64,000 bases of DNA, taken from assembly GCA_965238175.1 (NCBI GenBank), contig CBDEGZ010000003.1:2720001-2784000 (forward strand). Reading direction: 5' to 3'. A program made the translations under genes and the position numbers. This DNA comes from Gammaproteobacteria bacterium. Lineage in GTDB: Bacteria; Pseudomonadota; Gammaproteobacteria; CAJXQU01. This document shows positions 1-8,842 of the stretch, piece by piece. Positions within the stretch are counted from its first letter, which is position 1; each line of letters opens with the position of its first letter. The notes under the pieces are model-generated. The model did not search any database. It saw only the letters and a program-made list of their open reading frames with translations, and was not told where the DNA came from.

Positions 1-29
1 AATAGAGAAGAAAGTATTGTGTATTTCAT
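1..29 (-). CDS. 5' end of a gene running off the window (MKYTILSSL..., signal-peptide-like)
   Basis: ATG at 29-27 preceded by an AAGGA Shine-Dalgarno on the minus strand; only 9 codons visible. Confidence 0.5.
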
Positions 30-111
30 AATAGTTATCCTTATTTATTTATTCGTCGAATCTATAGAACCGCTCTACAGATAAAGGTTCAATTAAGCAT
101 TAAATTATTTG

Positions 112-1029
112 TTACAGATTTTCAAGCGAGTAGCAAACAGATAGTCGATGCTCACAACCCGCTTCAATTGAAATCACATCTTCAGCTGCATTACAGGTTT
201 CCACACAGATCATTTTCCGGTATCCATCTATTCCCATATCACCCAACCGGGTTGATTTTTCTATCCATGGATTCCAAACAACACTGGAGTGACTACCTTG
301 TTTCTTGATTCTAATTTTCCGATCAAATCCTTTATCAACAATCACGTTATCATTTGCCGGTTCATCTTGATAAATCCGATCTATTTCACACTCTATTTTG
401 ATCGACTCCTTTTGTTTTTTATTCTGCCAAGCATCTAAAGTGTCGATATAGTTTTTATTTTCTAATCCTTCAATACGGATATTACTAATATCGCTGATAT
501 TGAAATAGGTATGGAAAGCACCACCAAGAGTGATCATTTCTCTTCCAGTATTTTTACTGACTAGATCCATCTCTAGTTTTTCACCGATGGTGATTTTCAA
601 TTCCAGTTCAGCACCATTTAGACGATATTCTTCTAGTACTTTATCCTGATTCAGATGCATTGAAAGAAAAGTTTTTTCATCAGAGATCTTTTCTATTTTG
701 TTCAACTCCCAAAGTTGGGTTCGTGCATAACCATGTGATGGAAAACGTTGATTTGTTAGATGAGAACCAAACCAGGGCCAACAAATTGGGATCCCTCCTC
801 GAATAGATTGACCCTTAGTCAAAGTAGCACCTCTGGAGAGCCAGATGACATCCGGTGAATTTTTTATTGTATCTTTTTTTATCCATGACAATAACTGTGC
901 CCCCTGCAGACAAAGTTTTGCTTTAGATAAAACATTCTCCACATGAACAATTACTAAACCTTCATGACTCGTTTCAAATTCTATTTGCTCAGGAACACCA
1001 AACTTTTTTGTTAATCCAGAAGCATCCAT
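112..1029 (-). CDS. yeaD: D-hexose-6-phosphate mutarotase (aldose 1-epimerase family)
   Basis: IRGGIPICWPWFG, HGYAR, FHTYF, VVWNPW and CVET motifs. Confidence 0.9.
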   Translation of the reverse strand: MDASGLTKKFGVPEQIEFETSHEGLVIVHVENVLSKAKLCLQGAQLLSWIKKDTIKNSPDVIWLSRGATLTKGQSIRGGIPICWPWFGSHLTNQRFPSHGYARTQLWELNKIEKISDEKTFLSMHLNQDKVLEEYRLNGAELELKITIGEKLEMDLVSKNTGREMITLGGAFHTYFNISDISNIRIEGLENKNYIDTLDAWQNKKQKESIKIECEIDRIYQDEPANDNVIVDKGFDRKIRIKKQGSHSSVVWNPWIEKSTRLGDMGIDGYRKMICVETCNAAEDVISIEAGCEHRLSVCYSLENL

Positions 1030-1062
1030 GGTTTCAAAAATACAAATCGATCATTAAAGTAT

Positions 1063-1827
1063 TCACATCCAGTCCAAACTGTCTTTTGTTGTCCCTTCAG
1101 GATGATATTCAGCGCCCGTCCAACCTTCAAAAATTGAATCGTCGATCGTTTTAAACACCGCGTCAAAGTCAATATTGCCAGTTCCTGGTTGTCCCCGACC
1201 AGGCGTATCAGCAAATTGAATATGGCCAATAATATGTGCATGTTCAAAAATATTTTCACATACATGCTCCCCCATTAGCTCCATATGATAAACATCATAT
1301 TGGAGTCTGATATTCGGGTGTTGTACCTCTTCAAGAATTTCGATCTGTTCCCGAAGCGTGTGTAAGAAAAAACCGGGCACATCTTGATTGTTTACCGCTT
1401 CAAAAACAGTAGTAATCCCCATGGCATCGAAAACCGCCGCCGACTGTCGAAGGTTTGAAATATAAGTTCGGTGATATTCACTGCGCCTCGATTTATCCAG
1501 TTCCCGACCCGCCAGTACATTGACTGATCTCGGTTGTAAAATTTCCGCATAACTCGAACACAGTTCCAGCGCTTGTTTAAATTCTTGTTCTTTTTCCGGA
1601 ATGCTCGCTAAGCCTGAACCACCTTCCATAAGGTCACCAACAGGAACATTGATCAAAACAACCTCAACTCCAGCTTGATCAGCCGCTTTTTTTAAATCGT
1701 GCACTTTTTGATCATATGGGAACTGAATTTCAACCGCTTTAAAACCACAATCAGCCGCTGCTTGAAAACGTTCTAACATTGAATATTCAGTAAAAAGAAC
1801 AGACAGGTTCGCACTAAAATTTGGCAT
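1063..1827 (-). CDS. hyi: Hydroxypyruvate isomerase family TIM-barrel protein
   Basis: FSANLSVLFTE, YDVYHM, HIQFADTPGRGQPGTG, GAEYHP motifs. Confidence 0.85.
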   Translation of the reverse strand: MPNFSANLSVLFTEYSMLERFQAAADCGFKAVEIQFPYDQKVHDLKKAADQAGVEVVLINVPVGDLMEGGSGLASIPEKEQEFKQALELCSSYAEILQPRSVNVLAGRELDKSRRSEYHRTYISNLRQSAAVFDAMGITTVFEAVNNQDVPGFFLHTLREQIEILEEVQHPNIRLQYDVYHMELMGEHVCENIFEHAHIIGHIQFADTPGRGQPGTGNIDFDAVFKTIDDSIFEGWTGAEYHPEGTTKDSLDWM

Positions 1828-1844
1828 AGTTTTTCCTTTTGTTT

Positions 1845-2723
1845 TTATTTTATATAGAGTTCGACAAGTGTTGCAGGATCTTTTTCTAAATATCCAGCAT
1901 CACCATGTTCACGCATCAGCCTTGCACCTAATTCAGACATCGGTATTTGACTACCTTCATTCTGAGATAATGTAACCGCCGTATCCAAATCTTTTAGCAA
2001 AGTCCTCACATGCCATTTAATTGGCTCGAATGTATCTGTCGCCATTTGCGACCCAAGAATTTGTAAAGGTTTGGAATCAGCAAAACCACCAGCTAACGCT
2101 TGAGGCATTTTTTCCGCGTCTATACCGGCTTTTCTAGCCAGAGCTATCACCTCTGCTATCACCAGTGCATTACAACTCACGATCATTTGGTTACATACTT
2201 TGGTAATTTGTCCTGCACCACTTTCACCCATGTAAGTAAAACGTTGTGAAATGGATTCCATCAACAAGCAAAGTTGATCAAAAACTTTCTTTTCACCGCC
2301 TGCCATAACAGCCAAAGTGCCCTGCTCTGCTCCAACAACTCCACCAGAAACAGGCGCATCGATCCAATCCATTCCACATTGTTGTTTTAATCGATCAGAA
2401 AATTCTCGTGTCGCTTCCGGTTTAATACTTGATAAATCAACCAGGATCTTTCCTTTCGAGCCACCTTCAACAATGCCGTTTTTACCGAAAACAACATGTT
2501 CAACGACATCAGTATCAGCCAGGGAAAGTAAAATAACTTCTGCGGTTTGAGCGACGTCTTTTGGTGTTTGCGTCTGGATAGCACCCTGCTTGATGACTTT
2601 ATCAAGTTTCTCTTGAGTACGGTTCCATACTTTGACAGAAAACCCTGCATCAAGCAGACGTAGTGTTATAGGCTCTCCCATCAAGCCAATGCCAAGGAAA
2701 CCCAGCGTTGGTCTTTGATCCAT
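1845..2723 (-). CDS. NAD(P)-dependent beta-hydroxyacid dehydrogenase (tartronate semialdehyde reductase / 3-hydroxyisobutyrate dehydrogenase family)
   Basis: GFLGIGLMG Rossmann motif, DAPVSGG, GAGQITKVCNQ; start moved to ATG 2723 because a GGGGGAG RBS precedes it; adjacent to hyi. Confidence 0.85.
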   Translation of the reverse strand: MDQRPTLGFLGIGLMGEPITLRLLDAGFSVKVWNRTQEKLDKVIKQGAIQTQTPKDVAQTAEVILLSLADTDVVEHVVFGKNGIVEGGSKGKILVDLSSIKPEATREFSDRLKQQCGMDWIDAPVSGGVVGAEQGTLAVMAGGEKKVFDQLCLLMESISQRFTYMGESGAGQITKVCNQMIVSCNALVIAEVIALARKAGIDAEKMPQALAGGFADSKPLQILGSQMATDTFEPIKWHVRTLLKDLDTAVTLSQNEGSQIPMSELGARLMREHGDAGYLEKDPATLVELYIK

Positions 2724-2812
2724 GATTATTGTGCTCCCCCCTTTTTCGGTAAATATCATCAACAAACTATTTCTTACTGACAATACGGAAAGCTGCGCTA
2801 TATCACAAGTTT

Positions 2813-2983
2813 TATACCCGTAATACTTGGAAATGCGTGTTTAGACGACTCCAAGGATAGAGTCGTGCTAACTCCCCTTATCTACATCTTGTGGGCAACG
2901 CGCTACCATGGATGAAAAGGGGGATGACGTGCATGGATAGACAAGAGCAGCCTAATGGACATTTCTAAATATCACGGGGTATA
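2813..2983. mobile_element. ERIC-like miniature inverted-repeat element
   Basis: Ends TATACCCGTAATACTTGGAAATG ... CATTTCTAAATATCACGGGGTATA form an imperfect terminal inverted repeat with TATA termini; internal hairpin ACGACTC-N8-GAGTCGT. Confidence 0.65.
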
Positions 2984-2996
2984 TCCTGAAAAAAGA

Positions 2997-5078
2997 TTAA
3001 AACAACTCTTCAACAGTATCGTCGGAGTTGGTTGTTACCGATTTAGAGAAAGGATTTAGATGCCCTGTATCTGAATTATCCTCATGAAAATCAAACTCAT
3101 CTTTTTCCTTATCTAAATACCCATCTTTCTGTTGTTGCAACCAAGGCGGTGATTCTTGATCGTGATCTTTCATATTCACAAAGTGATTGTTATCTTCAAT
3201 TGCTCCACCAATCTGAATATGCTCAGAAATAAATGAATCTTCGTTCACTTTGGCAGTACTTTCCGGCTCTATAAGAATAAGATCATCTTCACCTAAAGTA
3301 TTAAATTCTTCTAATATGATCTGATCATCTGTAAGTTCCAATGCCTCAGTTTCTTTTTGCCTGAACTCATTTTTATTTATCTTTGTTTCGATAAGTTCGA
3401 GCATTAAATTTTCTTCAGTAGTAGAAAATACATCATCTAAACTTTCATCGTAGTTCTGATATTGCGGTTTTATCTTTACCAAATCCACAGGATCTGTTTG
3501 TACCATTTCCAATTCATTATCGGATGTTATGTCAACAGGTTCGTCCATCAGGGTTGTTTGAGCAGGTAACCTTTCTTCAACGCCTAGCATAGATATATCT
3601 TCTTCATTGAAGTCAATTATCAGATTTTCATTAGGTAAAGGTAAAATATCAGAATCAATCGACTCTGATTGTACATCGTCTAACGTATCTACATGTGTAG
3701 GATCACTTGCTATTAAACCCTCACTCATAGATATATCTTCTTCATTGAAGTCAATTATCAGATTTTCATTAGGTAAAGGTAAAATATCAGAGTCAATCGA
3801 CTCTGATTGTACATCGTCTAATGTATCTACATGTGTAGGATCACTTGCTATTAAACCCTCACTCATAAATATATCTTCTTCATTGAAGTCAATTATCAGA
3901 TTTTCATTAGGTAAAGGTAAAATATCAGAGTCAATCGACTCTAATTGTACATCGTCTAACGTATCTACATGTGTAGGATCACTTGCTATTAAACCCTCAC
4001 TAAATCCATTGTTTGTTAATGAGACTTCTGTTAAATCACCTATAGAAACTTCAGGTTGTCTACCGTTTTTTTTTGACTCAGTCAAGTCTACTTTCTTTTC
4101 TACAGCATCTAATACCTGACCTTCGTTAGGGCCAGATAACACCGTTTCCAGAATACTCTTCTGTTGAACTGGTTCGATATTACTTTCAGAAATAACCGTA
4201 TCCAAACGATCTGCAACAAGTACATCTATCATGTCTTCAACAAGTGAGTTTTGAAAATCTATATCAGAGAAATCGTTATCCATTTCTCGTACTATATTTA
4301 ACACATCAGTTGCAGAAACTATATCCGTCCCTTTCAGACAAGCAGCTAACAGAATCCTTTCACAAATCATATTGATCTTCGCAGGGATCCCTTTTGAATG
4401 TTGATGAACAGCAATGAATGCTTCAGGAGAAATTGCTGGGTTACCAATCCAACCCACCGTTCTTAAGCGATGGAAGATATAGGCTTTTGTTTGCTGTTGG
4501 TCAAAATATTCCAAGTGATATTTCGCCACGATTCTTTGTTTTAATGGTTCAAAATTATCTGAAGAGATCTGTTCTTTTAAACGCGTTTGTCCAAATAGAA
4601 TTATTTGGATCAAAGAATTGTTATCAGAGATAATATTCATCAACATTCGTAATTCGTCGATTGCTGAATCTGATAAACTTTGTGCTTCGTCTACTATAAC
4701 TACGACTCGTTGATTATTCGTTTGACACTCTAATAAAAGATGCTCAATCGACTTCAACAAGCTGACTTTTGATAAATCTTCGTAGGGAAGGTTTAGCTCT
4801 GCTGCCACATAACGCAATAATTCACCGCTATCTAACTGGGTATTAACAATTCGAGCTATAACAATATTAGTATCATCCAACATATACTGTAGCGCGGTCA
4901 TCAAGGTTGTTTTACCCATTCCTGAATCACCGGTAACTACAATAAAACCCTGCCCATTCCCCAAACCTTCGCCAAGATACAACAACGCTTTTTTATGCGT
5001 ATTACTGTTAAAGTAAAAACGTGGATCTGGGTTTATACCGAATGGTTTCCCACTGAATTTGAAATAGTTAACGTACAT
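2997..5078 (-). CDS. ExeA/GspA-family AAA ATPase with long acidic repeat-containing C-terminal tail
   Basis: N-terminal YFKFSGKPFGINPDPRFYF, Walker A GDSGMGKTT, Walker B VVIVDEAQ, GIPAKINMICE; C-terminal ~420 aa are D/E-rich. Confidence 0.85.
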   Translation of the reverse strand: MYVNYFKFSGKPFGINPDPRFYFNSNTHKKALLYLGEGLGNGQGFIVVTGDSGMGKTTLMTALQYMLDDTNIVIARIVNTQLDSGELLRYVAAELNLPYEDLSKVSLLKSIEHLLLECQTNNQRVVVIVDEAQSLSDSAIDELRMLMNIISDNNSLIQIILFGQTRLKEQISSDNFEPLKQRIVAKYHLEYFDQQQTKAYIFHRLRTVGWIGNPAISPEAFIAVHQHSKGIPAKINMICERILLAACLKGTDIVSATDVLNIVREMDNDFSDIDFQNSLVEDMIDVLVADRLDTVISESNIEPVQQKSILETVLSGPNEGQVLDAVEKKVDLTESKKNGRQPEVSIGDLTEVSLTNNGFSEGLIASDPTHVDTLDDVQLESIDSDILPLPNENLIIDFNEEDIFMSEGLIASDPTHVDTLDDVQSESIDSDILPLPNENLIIDFNEEDISMSEGLIASDPTHVDTLDDVQSESIDSDILPLPNENLIIDFNEEDISMLGVEERLPAQTTLMDEPVDITSDNELEMVQTDPVDLVKIKPQYQNYDESLDDVFSTTEENLMLELIETKINKNEFRQKETEALELTDDQIILEEFNTLGEDDLILIEPESTAKVNEDSFISEHIQIGGAIEDNNHFVNMKDHDQESPPWLQQQKDGYLDKEKDEFDFHEDNSDTGHLNPFSKSVTTNSDDTVEELF
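3588..4001. repeat. Coding tandem repeat, 3 x 138 bp (46 aa)
   Basis: Units start at 3588, 3726 and 3864 and differ by only a few bases; peptide SEGLIASDPTHVDTLDDVQ(S/L)ESIDSDILPLPNENLIIDFNEEDI(S/F)M. Confidence 0.97.
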
Positions 5079-5133
5079 TTCCTTGTTCGTTTTTCCGACG
5101 ACACTCCATAAATAACAACCTTGTTACCTAGTT

Positions 5134-5160
5134 GTGTCGGCAAAAGCTCACATCTCTTTA
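5134..5160 (-). promoter_or_regulatory. Sigma-28 (FliA)-type promoter of the ExeA-like ATPase
   Basis: TAAAGAGA-N11-GCCGACAC on the minus strand versus consensus TAAAGTTT-N11-GCCGATAA. Confidence 0.75.
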
Positions 5161-5180
5161 ATCGGACTTTGAGATTCTTC

Positions 5181-6050
5181 CTATTCTTTATGACAGGTTC
5201 CAATCGAATTTTTGGCACAAATTTGGCCATCTTTCCAAACTGCCTGATCGAGAATGGCGCCTTGTAAATCTGCCCCATCAAGATCAGCACCTCTAAGATC
5301 TGCATGACTTAGATCTGCCTTAATCAATGATGCAGCTTGTAAAACAGCCAAGCTAAGATTTACACCTTTTAAACTAACTCTGTCCAAATTAGCATTCGTC
5401 AGATTCGCACCAGCAAGATCAGAATAGGAAAGATCGGCTTCAGTCAAATTCGTACCCTGGAGATCAACTCCGATCAATGATGCATTTCTGATCAAAGCTG
5501 CAGATAGATTTTTTTGGCTAAAATTTAAATTATCAAAATCACAATTATCCCAAACAACACCCGGTTCGGAAGGTGCTTCGCAGTCAATAAAAATTAGTGG
5601 ATCAGAACCTTTCAAAAAGAATCCCAATATAACAATCGCAATGATTGTAAAAATAATTGACTTAACCGGAAAACGTTCTTCCTTACGGCTTTCATGTATC
5701 GCATCTAAGAGCTGTGTTCGGCCTTTTCTACGTGCAATATCTTCCTCAGATTCAGGTTCTCGTCGATCTACTTTTTTACGTTTTTTTTGTGCTGATTCAG
5801 GTTGGGTATCAGCTGCTTGTTCTCGTCTATCAAGACCACTACGTTCTTCATCCTTCAAAAGTGATTCGGTTTCATCACTTGAAAACAGTTCTGGAAAATC
5901 ACTAGCCGCTATCCAACTTTGCTGATCATTACTTAATTTATCGGTGGGCTTAAGGCGTCCGAGTTTCCCCAGTTTGGTTAAAACGACATGTGTAAATGGA
6001 CCCTGGATTTTTTCACCACGTTTAACAAACCACTTTTTACTGTCTGTCAT
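5181..6050 (-). CDS. Membrane-anchored pentapeptide-repeat protein with N-terminal GYF_2-like domain
   Basis: WFVKRGEKIQGPF (GYF_2-like), one TM helix (IIFTIIAIVILGFFL), A(D/N)L-type pentapeptide repeats, flanking Cys residues. Confidence 0.75.
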   Translation of the reverse strand: MTDSKKWFVKRGEKIQGPFTHVVLTKLGKLGRLKPTDKLSNDQQSWIAASDFPELFSSDETESLLKDEERSGLDRREQAADTQPESAQKKRKKVDRREPESEEDIARRKGRTQLLDAIHESRKEERFPVKSIIFTIIAIVILGFFLKGSDPLIFIDCEAPSEPGVVWDNCDFDNLNFSQKNLSAALIRNASLIGVDLQGTNLTEADLSYSDLAGANLTNANLDRVSLKGVNLSLAVLQAASLIKADLSHADLRGADLDGADLQGAILDQAVWKDGQICAKNSIGTCHKE

Positions 6051-6062
6051 AAGCAATTTTAC

Positions 6063-6089
6063 TCAAGTTTTATGCCAATTAGTCGCTAA
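6063..6089 (+). promoter_or_regulatory. Sigma-28-type promoter of fliK (likely leaderless)
   Basis: TCAAGTTT-N11-GTCGCTAA ending 7 nt before ATG 6097; no Shine-Dalgarno. Confidence 0.65.
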
Positions 6090-6096
6090 TAATTGG

Positions 6097-7296
6097 ATGA
6101 ATAGTCCGGTTCAAACTTCTCAACAATCAGGTCAAATTGCACAAACAAATACAGCAATTCAAAAACCTGTCCAAACTCAGCTATTGCAACCACAAAATGC
6201 AACGGCGACGGCGATTAAAAATTGGGCTACAGGACAACTCATAAAAGCCACTGTCCTGGAACAATTATCAAATTCATCACTTTTATTAAAAGTTGGCAAT
6301 TTAAAGCTCTCGGCTAATACGAATGTTCTTTTATCTGCCGGATCACAACTTAACTTGAAAGTTATCCGTACTGGTGAACAACCTTCTTTACAAATTATAC
6401 AAAATAATCCTAAATCTGCTGAACAAACTAATCTTAATGCATTAAGACAAATCTTACCAAAACAGGCACCACTCGCAGAATTTTTTTCCAATATAAAAAA
6501 CATTAGCTCGGGGGAACAACGTCTCCCACTAACCGTACAACAAGCACTCAATGTGATTCAGGCCGGATTAGCGTCGCGGGCGGATTTAACTAATCCAGAA
6601 AAAATAAAAAAAGCACTTAAAGAAAGTGGTGTTTTTCTTGAATCAAACCTGGGCAAATCAAATTCAACTAAATCAGCAGGATCAAACCTTATTGAAGGTG
6701 ATTTAAAAGGTAAATTATTACGCCTTGTAACCTTAATCAGTAGCGAAAGCACCAGTTCAACTAAACAAACAGAACAAAAACAAGGTACGTCTAATAACAG
6801 TTTGCTGAGCTTTCTATCAAATAATAAATTAATCCCCGAATTACAACGTCATGTTGAATCAGCCATAGCTCGCATACAATTAAACCAGCTTAATTCTCTA
6901 CCTGTTACAGAACAAAACCAACATGCCATTCTTTTAGAATTACCTATAAAAGAAAAAGAAAAGATTGATATTATTTCTCTCAAAATAAGTGAAGAAGAAA
7001 ATCAAAAGGAAGATCAAGAATCACAAAAGCAATGGGCAATAAATTTATCGTTCAAATTAGAAGGTTTAGGGAGTTTACATGCAAAATTAGTTTTGGGTGG
7101 CCATAAAATTCAAGCCACTTTGTGGGCAGAAGATCAAACTACTTTTGAGTTAATACAAAACAATATCGACCTATTACAACAACGCCTAACAGACGTTGAA
7201 TTTATTGATCCAAAAGTAAATTGCTATCAAGGTAAACCAGAACCAACCAATTCCATTAATCCAGCAAATAAAGATTTGATCGACATAAAAATATGA
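6097..7296 (+). CDS. fliK: Flagellar hook-length control protein FliK-like
   Basis: LKESGVFLES, DLKGKLL, ARIQLNQL and C-terminal T3S4-like WAINLSFKLEGLGSLHAKL; start set at ATG 6097 to avoid overlap with the divergent gene. Confidence 0.8.
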   Translation: MNSPVQTSQQSGQIAQTNTAIQKPVQTQLLQPQNATATAIKNWATGQLIKATVLEQLSNSSLLLKVGNLKLSANTNVLLSAGSQLNLKVIRTGEQPSLQIIQNNPKSAEQTNLNALRQILPKQAPLAEFFSNIKNISSGEQRLPLTVQQALNVIQAGLASRADLTNPEKIKKALKESGVFLESNLGKSNSTKSAGSNLIEGDLKGKLLRLVTLISSESTSSTKQTEQKQGTSNNSLLSFLSNNKLIPELQRHVESAIARIQLNQLNSLPVTEQNQHAILLELPIKEKEKIDIISLKISEEENQKEDQESQKQWAINLSFKLEGLGSLHAKLVLGGHKIQATLWAEDQTTFELIQNNIDLLQQRLTDVEFIDPKVNCYQGKPEPTNSINPANKDLIDIKI

Positions 7297-7556
7297 AAAC
7301 AGATATAGCCATTGCCTTAAACTATGATGAAGCCTCTGCACCAAAAGTCACGGCAAAAGGTAAAGGTCTCATCGCTGAAGAAATACTCAAACTTGCGTCA
7401 GAAAATGATATTCCTATCAAAGAAGAGCCAGAATTGGTTGAATTGTTAGCCACCGTAGAACTCGGCGATCAAATTCCAGAAGCCTTATATGTCGCAGTCG
7501 CTGAAGTTATCGCCTTTGCTTATAGTTTAAAAGGGAAAGTTATTAGCGAAAACTAA
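7293..7556 (+). CDS. FlhB C-terminal-like (EscU/YscU/HrcU family) switch protein
   Basis: AIALNYD..APKVTAKGKG..IPEALYVAVAEVIAF; 4-nt overlap with the fliK stop region. Confidence 0.9.
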   Translation: MKTDIAIALNYDEASAPKVTAKGKGLIAEEILKLASENDIPIKEEPELVELLATVELGDQIPEALYVAVAEVIAFAYSLKGKVISEN

Positions 7557-7575
7557 AACATTTATGACTTCAAGG

Positions 7576-8801
7576 TGTAGAAGTTTAGACCCAATCTGAC
7601 ACATCACTAAATCAAGCGGAGCGTAGCGACGCTTGATTTAGTGAGAGTTACCCGCTTTGATGTAACTGCAACGTAAACATCAAAACACAAAGAGGTAACT
7701 CTCATGATTCATACTAATGACAAAGTTATAAAACATAAAGTTGGTCTACTCAATCTCGCTGAAGAACTCGGCAATGTCTCAAAAGCCTGCAAGATGATGG
7801 GTTTGTCCAGAGATACATTTTATCGCTACAAAGAAGCGGCTGATGAAGGCGGTGTAGAAGCCTTGTTTGATCGTAATCGGCGTACCCCAAATCTTAAAAA
7901 CAGAATCGACCCGGCTATTGAAACCGTTGTGCTCGAGTATGCACTGGAAGAGCCCGCACATGGTCAAACGCGCACCAGTAACGAGCTGCGCAAACGGGGA
8001 ACATTTGTCTCACCCAGTGGCGTTCGTTGTATCTGGCTTCGTCATGGTCTTGCTTGCTTTAAAGATCGCCTGAAGGCATTGTCTGATAAGGTAGCTGGTG
8101 AAGGCTTGATCCTCACTGAGTCTCAAGTCGCGGCGATGGAACGCAAGAAAGACGACGATGAGGCTTGTGGCGAGATAGAAACGGCACACCCTGGTTATCT
8201 TGGCTCGCAAGATACTTACTATGTCGGTACTTTCAAAGGCATTGGTTGGGTTTATCAACAAACGTTTGTTGATACTTACAGCAAGGTCGCTCACGCGAAA
8301 CTGTACCCGACTAAAACACCGATTACGGCAGCTGACATGCTCAATGACCGCGTCCTCCCATTCTACGAAGAACAACGTTTGCCTATGTTGCGCATTTTGA
8401 CAGATAGAGGGACGGAGTATTGTGGGCGAGCTGACCAGCATGATTATCAGCTTTATATGGCGTTGAACAATATCGAACACACCAAAACCAAGGTCAAATC
8501 ACCTCAGACGAATGGTATTTGTGAGCGATTCCATAAGACGATCCTCAATGAGTTTTATCAAGTCGCTTTGCGTAAGAAAATTTACCAATCGATTGATGAA
8601 CTGCAACTCGACCTTGACGAATGGTTGCTCAAATACAATACTCAACGAACTCACCAAGGCAAAATGTGCTGCGGGAGGACGCCGATGGAAACACTCATCG
8701 ACGGACAAGCTATCTGGAAGGAAAAGTTTGTGAATTAAACTTAACCTGACAGTCGGTTACTGATAATTGGGTAACTGTCAGATCAAATCTGAATTTCTAC
8801 A
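7576..8801 (+). mobile_element. IS481-family insertion sequence, apparently complete
   Basis: TGT...ACA termini; 26-bp IRs TGTAGAAGTTTAGACCCAATCTGACA / TGTAGAAATTCAGATTTGATCTGACA (20/26 identical); direct repeat CTTCAAGG at 7568-7575 and 8802-8809. Confidence 0.95.
7704..8738 (+). CDS. IS481-family DDE transposase
   Basis: HTH N-terminus (LLNLAEELGNVSKACKMMG); catalytic D-D-E in GSQDT, LTDRG, ICERF. Confidence 0.95.
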   Translation: MIHTNDKVIKHKVGLLNLAEELGNVSKACKMMGLSRDTFYRYKEAADEGGVEALFDRNRRTPNLKNRIDPAIETVVLEYALEEPAHGQTRTSNELRKRGTFVSPSGVRCIWLRHGLACFKDRLKALSDKVAGEGLILTESQVAAMERKKDDDEACGEIETAHPGYLGSQDTYYVGTFKGIGWVYQQTFVDTYSKVAHAKLYPTKTPITAADMLNDRVLPFYEEQRLPMLRILTDRGTEYCGRADQHDYQLYMALNNIEHTKTKVKSPQTNGICERFHKTILNEFYQVALRKKIYQSIDELQLDLDEWLLKYNTQRTHQGKMCCGRTPMETLIDGQAIWKEKFVN

Positions 8802-8842
8802 CTTCAAGGTAAAGTCAGATGGGAAAATATTCAGCTCAATCA

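Noticed and set aside
3588-4001. Possible CRISPR array
   Set aside because: Units are contiguous 138-bp in-frame repeats with no unique spacers, and there are no cas genes
3607-4119. 170-aa plus-strand ORF with repeats
   Set aside because: Antisense shadow of the 138-bp tandem repeat in the ATPase gene
5944-6096. N-terminal extension of fliK in the ORF track
   Set aside because: Overlaps the divergent pentapeptide gene and spans the promoter; ATG 6097 fits better
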